Origin: Balanoglossus misakiensis
Taxonomy: Eukaryota; Animalia; Hemichordata
Direction: 5' to 3'
Assembly: GCA_040954595.2 (NCBI GenBank)
Contig: CM082577.2
Span: 18,388,303 to 18,452,302, forward strand
DNA: 64,000 bases
Notes under the pieces: model-generated
The model's database searches: none
What the model was told of the DNA's origin: nothing
The model's input: the letters and a program-made list of their open reading frames with translations, nothing else
Translations under genes and position numbers: made by a program
Part shown: positions 12,495-25,556 of the stretch, one piece after another
Layout: every line of letters begins with the position of its first letter
Numbering within the stretch: the first letter of the stretch is position 1

Positions 12495-13545
12495 TACGGT
12501 GTACTGAATATGTGGTCTTTGTGGCGGGGGCAAAGGTTTGTCCCCTGTAGAAGCTGACGGCCATGTCAAGGTCTCTTTCCATCTGTTGGGTTTGAGAATC
12601 TGGGCGAGAAGGAGAGAAAAGGTGTCTTTAGACATATGGCCGTTGAATTTGTGGACAAAGAGAGTAGGGTCTGTCCCACTGGGTAACCGGGGGGAAAGAA
12701 GGTTAAACAACCGTAGCCACTGACCCGGTTGATGGAGGCGGGAAATAGCGTCTGGAATCTCATTCTGTTGACCTGGAATGTGAGTGGCTTTAACGTTAAA
12801 GTTGAAAAGAACAGATAGCCAGAACAGCTCACGCAGAGCTGACATAACGAGCCTATTCTTTGAGGTTCCTGAATTGATGTTGGCCATAGCCACCTGACTG
12901 TCCGTGAAGATAAGAATTGTGTGGTTCTGCCAGAGATGGGCCCATCGTCTGGCTGCCAGGAGTACTGATAGGGTCTCCTTGTGGTTAATGTGTAAGCTAT
13001 TGGCGTCCGGCCAATCATTGGCCCAGTGTGTGTATTGCCAGTCACCATGGTAATAAATACCCGATGCCTGTGTGGATGCATCCATGTGTATATCGGTGAT
13101 GGGGCATGGGTCTATAAATTTATGCGTACCATTAAAGACTGAAAGGTAATTCAACCACCAGCAGATATCCAAATGGAAATCCTCAGAGAGCAAGATTTTA
13201 TGGGCGGCTTTTTGCAACTTGTTCATGTCATCTAGAACACGACGGAGGAAAGTTCTCCCCCCTTTGATGACGCGGCATGCCCATGCAAGTTTGCCAGCTA
13301 ACGACTGTAGTTGGCGGCGAGAGGCGCGTTTTCGCTGATGAAACACATGAAGTAATGCATGCAGTTCGGAAAGCTTAGAGGGCGGCAGAGACAGGGTGAG
13401 AGCGACTGTGTCAATAACGATGCCTAGAAAAGTAATTTGTTGAGATGGACCAACCACTTTATGCCATGCAATGTGAAAACCTAATTTGCGGAGAAGCTTG
13501 ACTAAAGTGTTGAGCGCTAATTGGCAAGCCTGATAGTCAACTCTG
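12495..13545 (-). mobile_element. DIRS/Ngaro-type tyrosine-recombinase retrotransposon fragment (RT C-terminus, RNase H, start of overlapping YR ORF)
   Basis: LGFHIAWHKVVGPSQQITFLGIVID, LQSLAGKLAWA, DASTQASG, HINHKE, FTDSQ, HIPGQQNEIPDAISR; overlapping ORF MERDLDMAVSFYRGQTFAPATKTTY begins ~12582. Confidence 0.88.
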
Positions 13546-13869
13546 TTTACATACGCAATAAACATTGGGTAATCCCTCTGGATGAGCGTGATTGGTCAGA
13601 GATAGAGGGATCACCCAAGTGGCTATGCTCCCTGATGTTTAAACTTCATTAAAGATTTTAATGCCGTCTTACGGCTCGGGGGGGGGGGGGAAAGTTTGTG
13701 TCATGGGTTTCAAAATCAGGCCGACCCCCCCTTCACCGAGGACCAAAAAATGATGACCCCCCCCCCCCTTGACAGGCCAAAAACAAAAAATATGATGACC
13801 CCCCCCCCCCCCACGCCGAAAACATTCACCGTCCTGATCCTATGTACACTGTATGCTATAAAGGGAATT

Positions 13870-14045
13870 CCCTTTACTAGGTCAATGATGAGATTTGGAA
13901 GAGAGTTCATGTGTGGCAGTCTAATACATATCTACCAGGAAAGCCAGATGTGTGGATATACCCGTACGTGGATATGTCAGCCATACCTGGGAAAGATGCC
14001 AGCTGGAAATCTACTGATCTCAGGGGCAAAAACTCTCTTCTGGCT
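13870..14045 (+). pseudogene. Kolobok-like transposase fragment (second copy ~18860-19035)
   Basis: CGYTRTWICQPYLGKMPAGNLLISGA resembles the W-x-SQP...PAGNLLLS-x-A motif recalled from Kolobok-type transposases. Confidence 0.5.
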
Positions 14046-14648
14046 GTATGATTGCCCAAACATTATGATTATTTAGGTTCATGAATATGTTATGCATTGA
14101 AAGAAGAACATTCTACCGTCATCAAAGGCTTTATCTTCAGCCCACTGTTATGACCACTTGAAACTCATAGACCAACTCAAGCACATGGTAGGAGGATTAG
14201 TGATCCCATTCACATCAGCAACCGAGTTGAAACATTCTGTCTGGTAAATGTAATCGATCTGGCATCAAGTTACCTGTACTTCTCCAACAAAATCAGAGGA
14301 GATGCCAGTACCATTAACAACCAAAACCAGCCAGGAACTGCAAATGCTACCTATTAACCCCAAGGAAAACTCTATACAACAAATTCAAGAGAAACTGGTT
14401 GACAAACTACTTCAGCTACACTACATTTCACCAGTCAATCAACACTATCACTTTCGTTTAAAATCGGGCCAAATTTTCTCAATACTAAACCCAGGAATCG
14501 ACAAAAAAATATGCCAGTAAATTTCACTTTTTAATTTTGTGTTGTATTTACATTGGTAATTTCATTCCATACAATAACCTCTATAAGAAGCTCTCCCAAC
14601 CAGTGACAGTTAACAATTTGGTTTTTGCTTTTAGTATGAGAGCAAGGA

Positions 14649-16572
14649 ATGACGACAATGACGACAGTCAACCCTCACTTTTCCAGGCCATGCAAATGGA
14701 AAAGGAGTGTTCACAATTACATGATCAGGCAAAGGAAAAGGTTAATATCTTAATGTTGTTCGACTTTCAATTGTTTTTCATCTAATTTTACTTTTATTCA
14801 CTTTACAGGAAAAGTAACAAATGGATTATCATACTTTCTTAGCTTCAGAAGACTTGAAAGGAAAACTCCCGCAACATGCAGGTTATACTGTGAGGGCTCT
14901 TGATAGAGCCCTTGCAAAAATTAATGTACACTTGCAGGATTACCATAGCCAGGCCTTTGTTGGCAATCATGTCAACAAATGTTGCAAGGTTTGTCATACC
15001 ATGTAGGATAAATATTGTTCTGAGTTTGCATGACCACTGACACTTTGTCAATTTGTTTCAAGTTCTCTTTCAGAATGTGTTTTCTTTTTTTTAAATACAA
15101 ACATTTTCCTTTTCAGTTTTTGTGCATGTCCACCAATCATAAGCATGCATTAATGTGAATCAACATTAGTTGTAATCAGGTTTTACTTTTGTGAAATGTA
15201 CTATGCAGATAGTAAACATGTAGTTAGTTCATAATTTTCATTTTACATTTATTTACATACTTAATTGATTTTATATCTTTGTGAAAGAAAATGTTAAAAG
15301 ACTGCATAAATGTTCATAGTTTTCAATTGTTACAAATTTTAGGTTTAATTTTTTCTATGTTCTGAACATGCCTTCGTGTACATGTCAGTGGAGTAACCAT
15401 CTATTTTACTTTTCAGCCAAAGCATGTTACTATCCTTTGTGACAGTGTAGTAACTACAACTGAGAAATTTTGTCCTGATCTTCTCAGCAACGCTCGGCAA
15501 ATTATGTCAAAGCATCAACCACTGTTTACACACTTTGCTACCTGCCATAACATATATTCTGTGAATAGAGAACTCTGCGCAGAGGAAATTGATACATTGG
15601 GTGTGTTGAGTATACAATGTCTCATGAAAGATTTTATTTACCTTTTCATGTAATAGAGTTTCTAGTTGTACAGTATTTATTTCTCAGGTGCTGTTTGCAT
15701 GCGAACATGAAGAAGATTGTATTTTGGAGATTTTATTTTCCTACTAATATTTTCTCTGTTTCTGCATTTGTTTAGTTTAATGAGTTCCATCTCAAAGTTT
15801 GGATAACATACTGTTGTATTCTACAATTTGGGATATCAATCCATGCACAGGATATAAGCTTGTTATTTATTCAGATAAGTATTCCTGCATGCTTTTAGTT
15901 CAGTATTTTTATTGTACTGTATTTTTCAGTAGTTTTTTAATGTCACAAATAACTTCAAATATATTACAGCTTCATTGTTTGTAAACACTTCATGTTATTG
16001 TTCTACAAATCAACTACAGTTCCTTGTGCACTTCCTACTAGCATCATTAAATATATAATACAAGTAAGCATCCCAATGCAATCTTATAGCAGTGCATGAT
16101 TTTTGTTCTATATATATATAGCATGATATATATAGATTCAGTTGTGAATACAATGTATACAAGTGTGGAAAGTAATATGAGAAACTGTAGATGATACATA
16201 GAAATGTTTTTTAATGTTTTCACTATGCATATGCTATTTTATAATTCTTTCCTTTTTTCAGATTCTGCTATTTCACAGCTACTACAGCATTACAGAGAAA
16301 CGTTCCCATCCCAGAATGTTTTTCCCAAACTCCATCTGCTTGAGTGCCATGTTGCAAAAAGGGTGAGGCATTTTCAGAGAGGGTTGGGCTTGTTTTCTGA
16401 ACAAGGGATAGAATCAACCCACCATCGCATGAATAAATCACTGAGAAGTTATAACTGTGTACCTGGGGACAATCTAAAGAAGGTAGAGTTAATGATGAAA
16501 GATCACCACATAAAATCACACCCCAGCCATGTTGTACCAGAAATAAAAAAACGTGGGCCATACCAAAAGTGA
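14649..16572 (+). pseudogene. Duplicated 3' exons (end of exon 7 to exon 10) of the RAG1-like transposase
   Basis: Identical to 9653-11576. Confidence 0.9.
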
Positions 16573-17006
16573 AATAAAGATTGTTGAACAGTAGATAATG
16601 TATATATATGTATATTGTCGTTTCGAATTAAAAAAGTTTCAATGTATATGTAGTGATCTTGCTGTGAATCATTTCAGAATATGTACCATAACACATGCAT
16701 ACATTCTGCAGATCTGTGTGAGTCGAGAGAGGTGTGTGTGTGTAAAAATACACTGGATCGTTTACTGTTTTATAACAATTTTTATGCTAATTAGTAAGAG
16801 AAAACTCAGTAAAAGGTGATTTTACATTGTTTCTCCAGTATTTTTACCACTTTTCCATCAATAAAAATAGTTTAACAGTGTGAGAAACTGCTTTACCCAT
16901 TGTAAAACACACTATAAAGGGAAATCCCACATTGGCCGTAGAGGGCGCCCACACAATCGCCGCCATCTTGTTTTCAAAACTAAGTCCCTATAGAGGAATC
17001 GCATGT

Positions 17007-17490
17007 GTACCGATGGTACATGTTTCTAGGGGGCGTGTCCTCACAAAACAATAGTGTACACTTGCATTTTTTTAGCCATGGAGTAAGCTTCATATTTAGG
17101 CAAATAAGCTGAATGTGTTAATAATTTTCTCTATATTTACCATGGTAAAAATGCCTTATAGCAACTTTAGAACAACCTCCTGATTATACTCAAAATTTGC
17201 ATAAAATATACTTTACATTGAATTTTCTTAGATATTAAGTCATGTAGCAATATCAACATAAATAGTAAATTGTTGTTTGTAAAAGAAATAAATATTTATG
17301 TTATTTATTTCCAGGCTTTTTTCCAGGCACTATGCCTCGAATGAAAATAATTGGATACCGCCGAAAATTTACTGAGAAAAGACGGAAAAAAAAGTATGCA
17401 GCTACCCACCAAGTACCCACAAAAGAAAGCAATACAGTTATACAGTCAGAAAATGTTCATCAACACAACAACTCCACCCAAGAATGCCTT
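17007..17490 (+). mobile_element. Second copy of the P-like element 5' fragment
   Basis: Identical to 12011-12494. Confidence 0.9.
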
Positions 17491-18541
17491 TACGGTGTAC
17501 TGAATATGTGGTCTTTGTGGCGGGGGCAAAGGTTTGTCCCCTGTAGAAGCTGACGGCCATGTCAAGGTCTCTTTCCATCTGTTGGGTTTGAGAATCTGGG
17601 CGAGAAGGAGAGAAAAGGTGTCTTTAGACATATGGCCGTTGAATTTGTGGACAAAGAGAGTAGGGTCTGTCCCACTGGGTAACCGGGGGGAAAGAAGGTT
17701 AAACAACCGTAGCCACTGACCCGGTTGATGGAGGCGGGAAATAGCGTCTGGAATCTCATTCTGTTGACCTGGAATGTGAGTGGCTTTAACGTTAAAGTTG
17801 AAAAGAACAGATAGCCAGAACAGCTCACGCAGAGCTGACATAACGAGCCTATTCTTTGAGGTTCCTGAATTGATGTTGGCCATAGCCACCTGACTGTCCG
17901 TGAAGATAAGAATTGTGTGGTTCTGCCAGAGATGGGCCCATCGTCTGGCTGCCAGGAGTACTGATAGGGTCTCCTTGTGGTTAATGTGTAAGCTATTGGC
18001 GTCCGGCCAATCATTGGCCCAGTGTGTGTATTGCCAGTCACCATGGTAATAAATACCCGATGCCTGTGTGGATGCATCCATGTGTATATCGGTGATGGGG
18101 CATGGGTCTATAAATTTATGCGTACCATTAAAGACTGAAAGGTAATTCAACCACCAGCAGATATCCAAATGGAAATCCTCAGAGAGCAAGATTTTATGGG
18201 CGGCTTTTTGCAACTTGTTCATGTCATCTAGAACACGACGGAGGAAAGTTCTCCCCCCTTTGATGACGCGGCATGCCCATGCAAGTTTGCCAGCTAACGA
18301 CTGTAGTTGGCGGCGAGAGGCGCGTTTTCGCTGATGAAACACATGAAGTAATGCATGCAGTTCGGAAAGCTTAGAGGGCGGCAGAGACAGGGTGAGAGCG
18401 ACTGTGTCAATAACGATGCCTAGAAAAGTAATTTGTTGAGATGGACCAACCACTTTATGCCATGCAATGTGAAAACCTAATTTGCGGAGAAGCTTGACTA
18501 AAGTGTTGAGCGCTAATTGGCAAGCCTGATAGTCAACTCTG
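17491..18541 (-). mobile_element. Second copy of the DIRS/Ngaro RT-RNase H fragment
   Basis: ORF 17446-18561 is identical to 12450-13565. Confidence 0.88.
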
Positions 18542-19889
18542 TTTACATACGCAATAAACATTGGGTAATCCCTCTGGATGAGCGTGATTGGTCAGAGATA
18601 GAGGGATCACCCAAGTGGCTATGCTCCCTGATGTTTAAACTTCATTAAAGATTTTAATGCCGTCTTACGGCTCGGGGGGGGGGGAAAGTTTGTGTCATGG
18701 GTTTCAAAATCAGGCCGACCCCCCCTTCACCGAGGACCAAAAAATGATGACCCCCCCCCCCCTTGACAGGCCAAAAACAAAAAATATGATGACCCCCCCC
18801 CCACGCCGAAAACATTCACCGTCCTGATCCTATGTACACTGTATGCTATAAAGGGAATTCCCTTTACTAGGTCAATGATGAGATTTGGAAGAGAGTTCAT
18901 GTGTGGCAGTCTAATACATATCTACCAGGAAAGCCAGATGTGTGGATATACCCGTACGTGGATATGTCAGCCATACCTGGGAAAGATGCCAGCTGGAAAT
19001 CTACTGATCTCAGGGGCAAAAACTCTCTTCTGGCTGTATGATTGCCCAAACATTATGATTATTTAGGTTCATGAATATGTTATGCATTGAAAGAAGAACA
19101 TTCTACCGTCATCAAAGGCTTTATCTTCAGCCCACTGTTATGACCACTTGAAACTCATAGACCAACTCAAGCACATGGTAGGAGGATTAGTGATCCCATT
19201 CACATCAGCAACCGAGTTGAAACATTCTGTCTGGTAAATGTAATCGATCTGGCATCAAGTTACCTGTACTTCTCCAACAAAATCAGAGGAGATGCCAGTA
19301 CCATTAACAACCAAAACCAGCCAGGAACTGCAAATGCTACCTATTAACCCCAAGGAAAACTCTATACAACAAATTCAAGAGAAACTGGTTGACAAACTAC
19401 TTCAGCTACACTACATTTCACCAGTCAATCAACACTATCACTTTCGTTTAAAATCGGGCCAAATTTTCTCAATACTAAACCCAGGAATCGACAAAAAAAT
19501 ATGCCAGTAAATTTCACTTTTTAATTTTGTGTTGTATTTACATTGGTAATTTCATTCCATACAATAACCTCTATAAGAAGCTCTCCCAACCAGTGACAGT
19601 TAACAATTTGGTTTTTGCTTTTAGTATGAGAGCAAGGAAGCTAAACATTATTAAGTGCACTAGAAAAGTTTGTTGTTGAACATTTGACAATAAAACATCT
19701 AGTGATGCCCGCTGCGACTCCCCTGGCTACAGTGCTAAATACCATATGTTGGTGAAATTATTGATTTCACAGATACTCAAGTTTCCTAGGTAGCCAATTT
19801 AAATGCTATGGAGAAGACTGGCTTCAAGAAAAACCCCTGATCGAATTCTGGCCGCCGAAGTTCCGGTGGTTACCATGGCAACTGACAGG

Positions 19890-20605
19890 CATTTGCAATG
19901 CTATGGAGGTCCTTCATTGAAGATCAGAGTGAAGTGGAGAGGATACCAGCCACCTCTAAGCTGTACAAGGAATACCAATGGCTGATGAGGCACCTGTGTC
20001 TTTCTAATGGTTGGGAGGTCCCAGAAAAGTTCTCGCTTAAGCCACCAAACTCCCAAGCTGTTATCATCCATTGGAGAATTATCTCTATTTTGATTAGCAG
20101 AATTTCTCCAGAGCAAAGGAACCAGTTTCGTAAATTACTTGATTCATTCCATCGACAGCGGTGAGGTCTGGGGTAGGGTCGGCAGATATCGGAAATCCCG
20201 ACCAATCCAACAGGGAAGACACAGACAGACCACAGGAGAGCCAACAGTCTAACATCACGATCCCAGTCCCAGCGAAAAAGATGGAGGCTGAGACACAGGA
20301 AACAGAAGTGTTACCAGAGGCATGGGATTCACATTTCCACCTTGATCGCAAAAGTAGATGCTTGTTTAGGAAAGTGACATCAGATGAGCTACTACAAGCA
20401 CCAGATCTACCCATGCTGAAACGTCCACTCCATCCACGGGATCGAAGTTTATAGCGAACCAGACCAATATCCATCCGACCTCAACAGGAGCGAAAGATGG
20501 AAGGTCGCACTGGGGGTACATCCAGCGATTGACCGATGAGGGGTTCTGAAAGCTTGGAGAACTTACCCTGTCACCTGTGGTGATCGCCCTCGGAAAAATC
20601 ATGGA
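19890..20605 (+). pseudogene. Intronless, frameshifted TatD-like nuclease fragment with an N-terminal extension
   Basis: AWDSHFHLD (HxH metal motif), WKVALGVHP and SPVVIALGKI occur in TatD order across shifted frames. Confidence 0.6.
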
Positions 20606-20799
20606 ATAAGAAGCTTAAGAAAGATGGCAGAAATATAGAGTAAAAAGAATAGAAGAAAAGAAGCAGAAATTTTGTTTAATTTTTTTTTATTGTAGTTTCA
20701 TTGTTGAACAGTAATACAGGATTTTAAATTCACATAGCAGGCTGGAATGTGCGTGTTTTGAAGTCATGAATGAAAATCCAATAAATCCGCCACTATTGT

Positions 20800-21191
20800 T
20801 ACTACTATTGTTACCAAATGTATGGAAGCCCAATGTGGGTAAAATTCACTATCAGCACAATGAGGAAATTGAAAGTTGCATACAACAACGCTGCTCATGG
20901 ACGAAGTAGTGCGAGCTCTATGTTTGTGACGAACAGAATTGATACATTCGATGCCCTGCATAGAAGGCGAATTTTTAGTCTCAAACAAAGACTTTTGAAC
21001 TGCCAAAATGTCATTGTGCAGCAAGTGCATGATATATTGTATTTTAATTCTGAAACTTTGAGCCTTTGAAATAAGCTTCTTTTTGTCATTTAGATATATA
21101 TGTAATCTATTTTTCCCCCTTTCAACTAATTAGTCCTACTGTAATATGGACCATGAGTCCGAAATAAAGTTTATAATAATAATAATAATAA
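20800..21191 (+). mobile_element. 5'-truncated non-LTR retrotransposon 3' end
   Basis: YGSPMW...KLKVAYNN..SASSMF resembles a LINE ORF2 C-terminus; followed by AATAAA and a (TAA)n tail at 21173-21191. Confidence 0.7.
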
Positions 21192-21348
21192 TTTTCCCAT
21201 GCTCTATAAATTATCTTGTTAAAACTTACATATGCACTCATATTTAGGGTTTATAATGCTTGTGTATAGTTCACTGCCTTCATCCACATGGAATAATGTG
21301 CCTTTAACCCAAAGTGCACGATTTTAAAGTATGAATGTCTGTTTCTGG

Positions 21349-21362
21349 CCACTAGAGGGCGC
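21349..21362 (+). promoter_or_regulatory. CTCF-consensus-like motif
   Basis: CCACTAGAGGGCGC fits CCASYAGRKGGCRS; sequence match only. Confidence 0.35.
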
Positions 21363-21569
21363 TGTCATTTTAGATCCATACTGGAAAATGTCCGCCATGG
21401 ATCAATGCATGACTGTATGCAATAAAGGGAATGAGGCTCCTCACACCTCAATTATAAATTTCTTCAAGTAATTGAAGTATATATAATAGTGTATCGTTGC
21501 AATAAAAAAATCTATGAATAAAATAAAATGACAAGTGAATACAATAGTTGCTAGAATTGGTAAAACAAG

Positions 21570-22260
21570 AAAAGTGGCGGGGGTGGGTGTGCTCAAAGTT
21601 GCATTTTTGAACTCGAAAGCAAATTAACTCAATGTCAGGCAGGACAAATTTTAATTTTGCCACACCACTCAAAGTAAGCATCGGGGATGGGGTGGGAAGA
21701 AGTCTGCCCTGGTACACTAGACAGACCAGCGAATAAATGATATGTGGCGAAGAATGGAGGGGGTGGGTGTGGGAGGGGGTGTCGCCCTCCCACATAAGAA
21801 AATTTTGTAAAATATGTAGCTGAATGTTGCATTGTTATGAACTCAAAAGCAAATTATCTCAATGTTTGGGAGGACCAATTTTACTTTTTGCCACTCCACT
21901 CAAAGTTAGAAGATTTGGCGTCATCTTTGTCATGACATCATTTATAAAACTTCTAGTATATAGAAGTGGGGTTGGGGTGGCAAGCACTCTGCCCTGGTAC
22001 ACTAGCCAAACCAGCAAAAAACGAAATGTGGCAGAGAATGAAGGGGGTGGGTGTGGGAGGGGGTGTCCCCCTCGCACATTAGAAAATTTTGTAAAATAAA
22101 GGGCGCGAAACTGCAATTTTGTGGACTCAAAAGCAAAAGTTCGGTGGCAAAAGTATGTGACCCCACCTAAACGTTTAAAAAAAAGATGACCCCCCCTTTT
22201 GGACTTCAAAATTAAAGTGACCCCCCCCCCCTTGGATTTTGCCCCCCCCCCCCCTGGGCA
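21570..22260. repeat. Non-autonomous element (MITE) relic with two diverged ~290-bp units and poly-C tracts
   Basis: GGGGGTGGGTGTGGGAGGGGGTGTC and GCCCTGGTACACTAG occur twice; the ATGACCCCCCC motif is shared with 13670-13815. Confidence 0.5.
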
Positions 22261-22669
22261 CTATTTTTTTTTCAAAACAAATTTCTTCTCATGCCACATT
22301 CTGTGCTCATACCTTGTATTGGTGCGATTTGATACAACAATACACAAAGAATTTCATCACCAATCACAGTATAAAAACTAAGATATCTTAATATGTTTAC
22401 GTTGTAACCAATTTCTAAAAATTATATGATATGATATGAAACTGAAAATCGGGATCCAAAATTCTGAATTTGGTGAGACCTATTGTGTTAAATGAGGGAA
22501 ATGACAATAATTTGTGTGAGGCAATTTATGTATGAGGGGGAGTTTTTTATACTAAATTATGGCACATACACACCAGGAGAAATTGCCATGGAAATGGCCT
22601 TGAGGTTTTATGACCTCTACTGAACATGTCAAAGAAGTGCTGAATCCCATCTTGTTTTACTATTTCACA

Positions 22670-24286
22670 GGTGCAAATGCAGTCACTGCCAAACAATGCC
22701 CACAGCTGTTGCAATGTGTTTGCTGCTGGGAAATTCCACAAGTTACAGATAAAAGGGTGAAAAGGGAGGACAGGTTTTATCAGACATTTACCTGTATAAC
22801 AGACCATCCTGGAATTTGCAGCACTTTTTACAATAGAACGACACTTCATGCTCCATAATATTTCTGAAAATGAAGAAAACAGTAAATTTTTAGGATTTTT
22901 AAAAAAAATTACTATATTTGTCAAAATATGGCCATTTTTGGAGTGGTCGAAACTTTTAACATACAATCAACATGTCATGTATGATGATACATGTCTATTT
23001 TCTAGAGTCAACATGCTTATATCTGAGATGATTAGACTTCAACTAGCATGTAGTAGCAAGTTTTTTCACTCTTGTGTCTACAGGTGAGATGGAAGTTGTG
23101 TGTGGTCGAACAATTGATTCACTATATATCCACATGTAGAATAACATCAACAGTGTCTTGTATCAAACATAATTAATGGAAAACGGGCAGCAAAAGAGAG
23201 ACTTTAAGTTACTTTATCCATTTCCCACACAAACCAAGTCAAATTATATCCAAGTAGTGAAATTAGTTAATTTTCTTTTTCATCATTTCCAGTGTATTTA
23301 CTTGCCAAATCAAAGGAACAGAAGAGATCGATGGGCCTGAGTTCCAAGACGTTTAATGTCAAATTCCAAAATAAAATCAGCAATGCAAGGAGGACATTAA
23401 AAACAACTTTGAATTGTTAAAATTCAGCCTTTGTTTTATCTGTTTGATGGAAATGAGAAAATAAAATATCTCAAGTTTAATATTGAAGATCTTCATTGGT
23501 CTGTCTTTCTTTACATCTGTAAGGTAAGCCTTTATATTTTTAAAGTAAAAACTTATGCCAGAAGAAGTACTGCTTGAAGTATAATGGTTGTCACTATTTA
23601 ATACTTCTGAACTACATGGGGTAACCAAGCAATTTATAAATACATAACATAACAATGCACTATAATATTTAGGCTGCATAATTTTGCATGTCGATTATAT
23701 ATGCATACTTGATCTTGCTTCATACATGTACATGCTTAAGCATCAAGTATGTATATGCAAATATTTTAGCATGTACATGCTATTTTTCCAGCAATGTACA
23801 GGTTTATGATTGAGCATGTATATGCAAATTTTCTTAGCATGTACATGCTTATTGTACAAGATCATTTAAATAATTCGGCCTATATACATGCTTATAAGCA
23901 TGTCACATGCTAGTAATGTCCATAGATGATTGCAGAAAGCATGTCCAGTCAAGTAACATGTACAGGCTAATATCTGACCACTAAATACAGGCATGCAAGT
24001 TTTGTAAGGGTCAATCCAGATGTGTTAGATGTGGCTTGGCTGACATACAAGCAGCAGGACAAAGGGAAGGCATTTAGTGGACCGCAGGATGCCAAGTACA
24101 GACACATTTGCATACAGACAATTTGTTCGATGGTGCTGGGAGTTTCTTAGTAAAGACAACTGGACTGTACTACCAGCCTGTGCTGTTTCCTGTATCAGGG
24201 CACACTTTCCGTCACTAGGTGAAGAGGATAATTTTGTTTTTAAGGAGTTTCTTGTTGCTGAGAACAACTTTCCAGAACTCCAGTAA
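22670..24286 (+). pseudogene. P2X7 C-terminal ballast-like (KolX/Nanor-like) Cys-rich protein relic in at least two exons (~22670-22850, ~24030-24286)
   Basis: QCVCCWEIPQV...CITDHPG and AYRQFVRWCWEFLSKDNWTVLPACAVSCIRAHFP; no P2X channel sequence nearby. Confidence 0.78.
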
Positions 24287-24953
24287 TACATTCTACAGAA
24301 TTATCAAGTAATACATTCTGCAGATTTATCAACTTGTTTAAAAGAATGTGTCAGAAAATATTTCTTAATCTTCCAGAACGCCAGTAATACATTCTACAGA
24401 ATTATCAAGTAATACATTCTGCAGAATTATCAACTTGTTTAAAAGAATGTGTCAGAAAATATTTCTTAACCTTCCAGAACGCCAGTAATACATTCTGCAG
24501 ATTTATCAACTTGTTTAAAAGAATGTGTCAGAAAATATTTCTTAACCTTCGAGAACGCCAGTAATACATTCTGCAGAATTATCAACTTGTTTAAAAGAAT
24601 GTGTCAGAAAATGTTTCTTAACCTTCCAGAACGCCAGTAATACATTCTGCAGAATTATCAAGTAATACATTCTGCAGAATTATCAACTTATTTAAAAGAA
24701 TGTGTCAGAAAATATTTCTTAACCTTCCAGAACGCCAGTAATACATTCTACAGAATTATCAAGTAATACATTCTGCAGATTTATCAACTTGTTTAAAAGA
24801 ATGTGTCAGAACATATTTCTTAATCTTCCAGAACGCCAGTAATACATTCTACAGAATTATCAAGTAATACATTCTGCAGATTTATCAACTTGTTTAAAAG
24901 AATGTGTCAGAAAATATTTCTTAACCTTCCAGAACGCCAGTAATACATTCTGC
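24270..24953 (+). repeat. Satellite array, left part (76-bp + 25-bp subunits, ~101-bp period)
   Basis: AGAATTATCAACTTGTTTAAAAGAATGTGTCAGAAAATATTTCTTAACCTTCCAGAACGCCAGTAATACATTCTGC alternates with AGAATTATCAAGTAATACATTCTGC. Confidence 0.97.
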
Positions 24954-25556
24954 CATAGACCCTAGAGAAAGAAGGATGCGCAACTGCCGGCAAAGATCAA
25001 AGGGTTTGGGGATTATCGGTATGACAATGTTCTTTTGCATATAATTAACACCTAGGACAGTGGCACGTGTGAATCTCCACTTTGGCACGTGTCGATGTAA
25101 TTAGCATATCATTTACATATCACCAAACATTAAACGCAACTCTGCGATGCGCGACAGTAGCCGCAGCCTTCAGTGCAGACGGTCATATTTTTTTCGCGCT
25201 TAACCTCACCAGTCAGAAGTTTTTTAAGTCAAGACTCCTCTATTGACCAAAGGTAAATGTTTTCCTTACTTTTTCTTTCAAACATATTGTGAGAGCTACC
25301 GTAGTGACTCCAGAAAACACTAGAGTCTGCAGTGCAGGCTCTGAAGTTCAAGAGTGAAAACTCGCCATCAAAACGGGCACTCGTATATTTCAGTAACCAC
25401 TGCGTTTTTTTCCAAAATTCCAAAAATAGTTAGTTGTTTGTGTAAATTATTGTGGTATGGTGTATGTCTGTTGGTTGTAAGGTCAATTCTAACGCCACAA
25501 TCTTTATTTCAAAATTGTAAGCATGTCATCCAAAATGGTATGACGCTCCCAATTCT

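Larger units (their letters stand above)
9653..19639. repeat. Direct tandem duplication of a ~5.0-kb unit (copy 1 9653-14648, copy 2 14649-19639)
   Basis: Identical ORFs are offset by 4996 bp (4990 after the poly-G/C tracts); the only differences noticed are homopolymer lengths. Confidence 0.97.

Noticed and set aside
12450-13565. Convergent 371-aa ORF as a possible RAG2-like partner
   Set aside because: It carries DIRS RT/RNase H motifs, not kelch repeats or a PHD finger.
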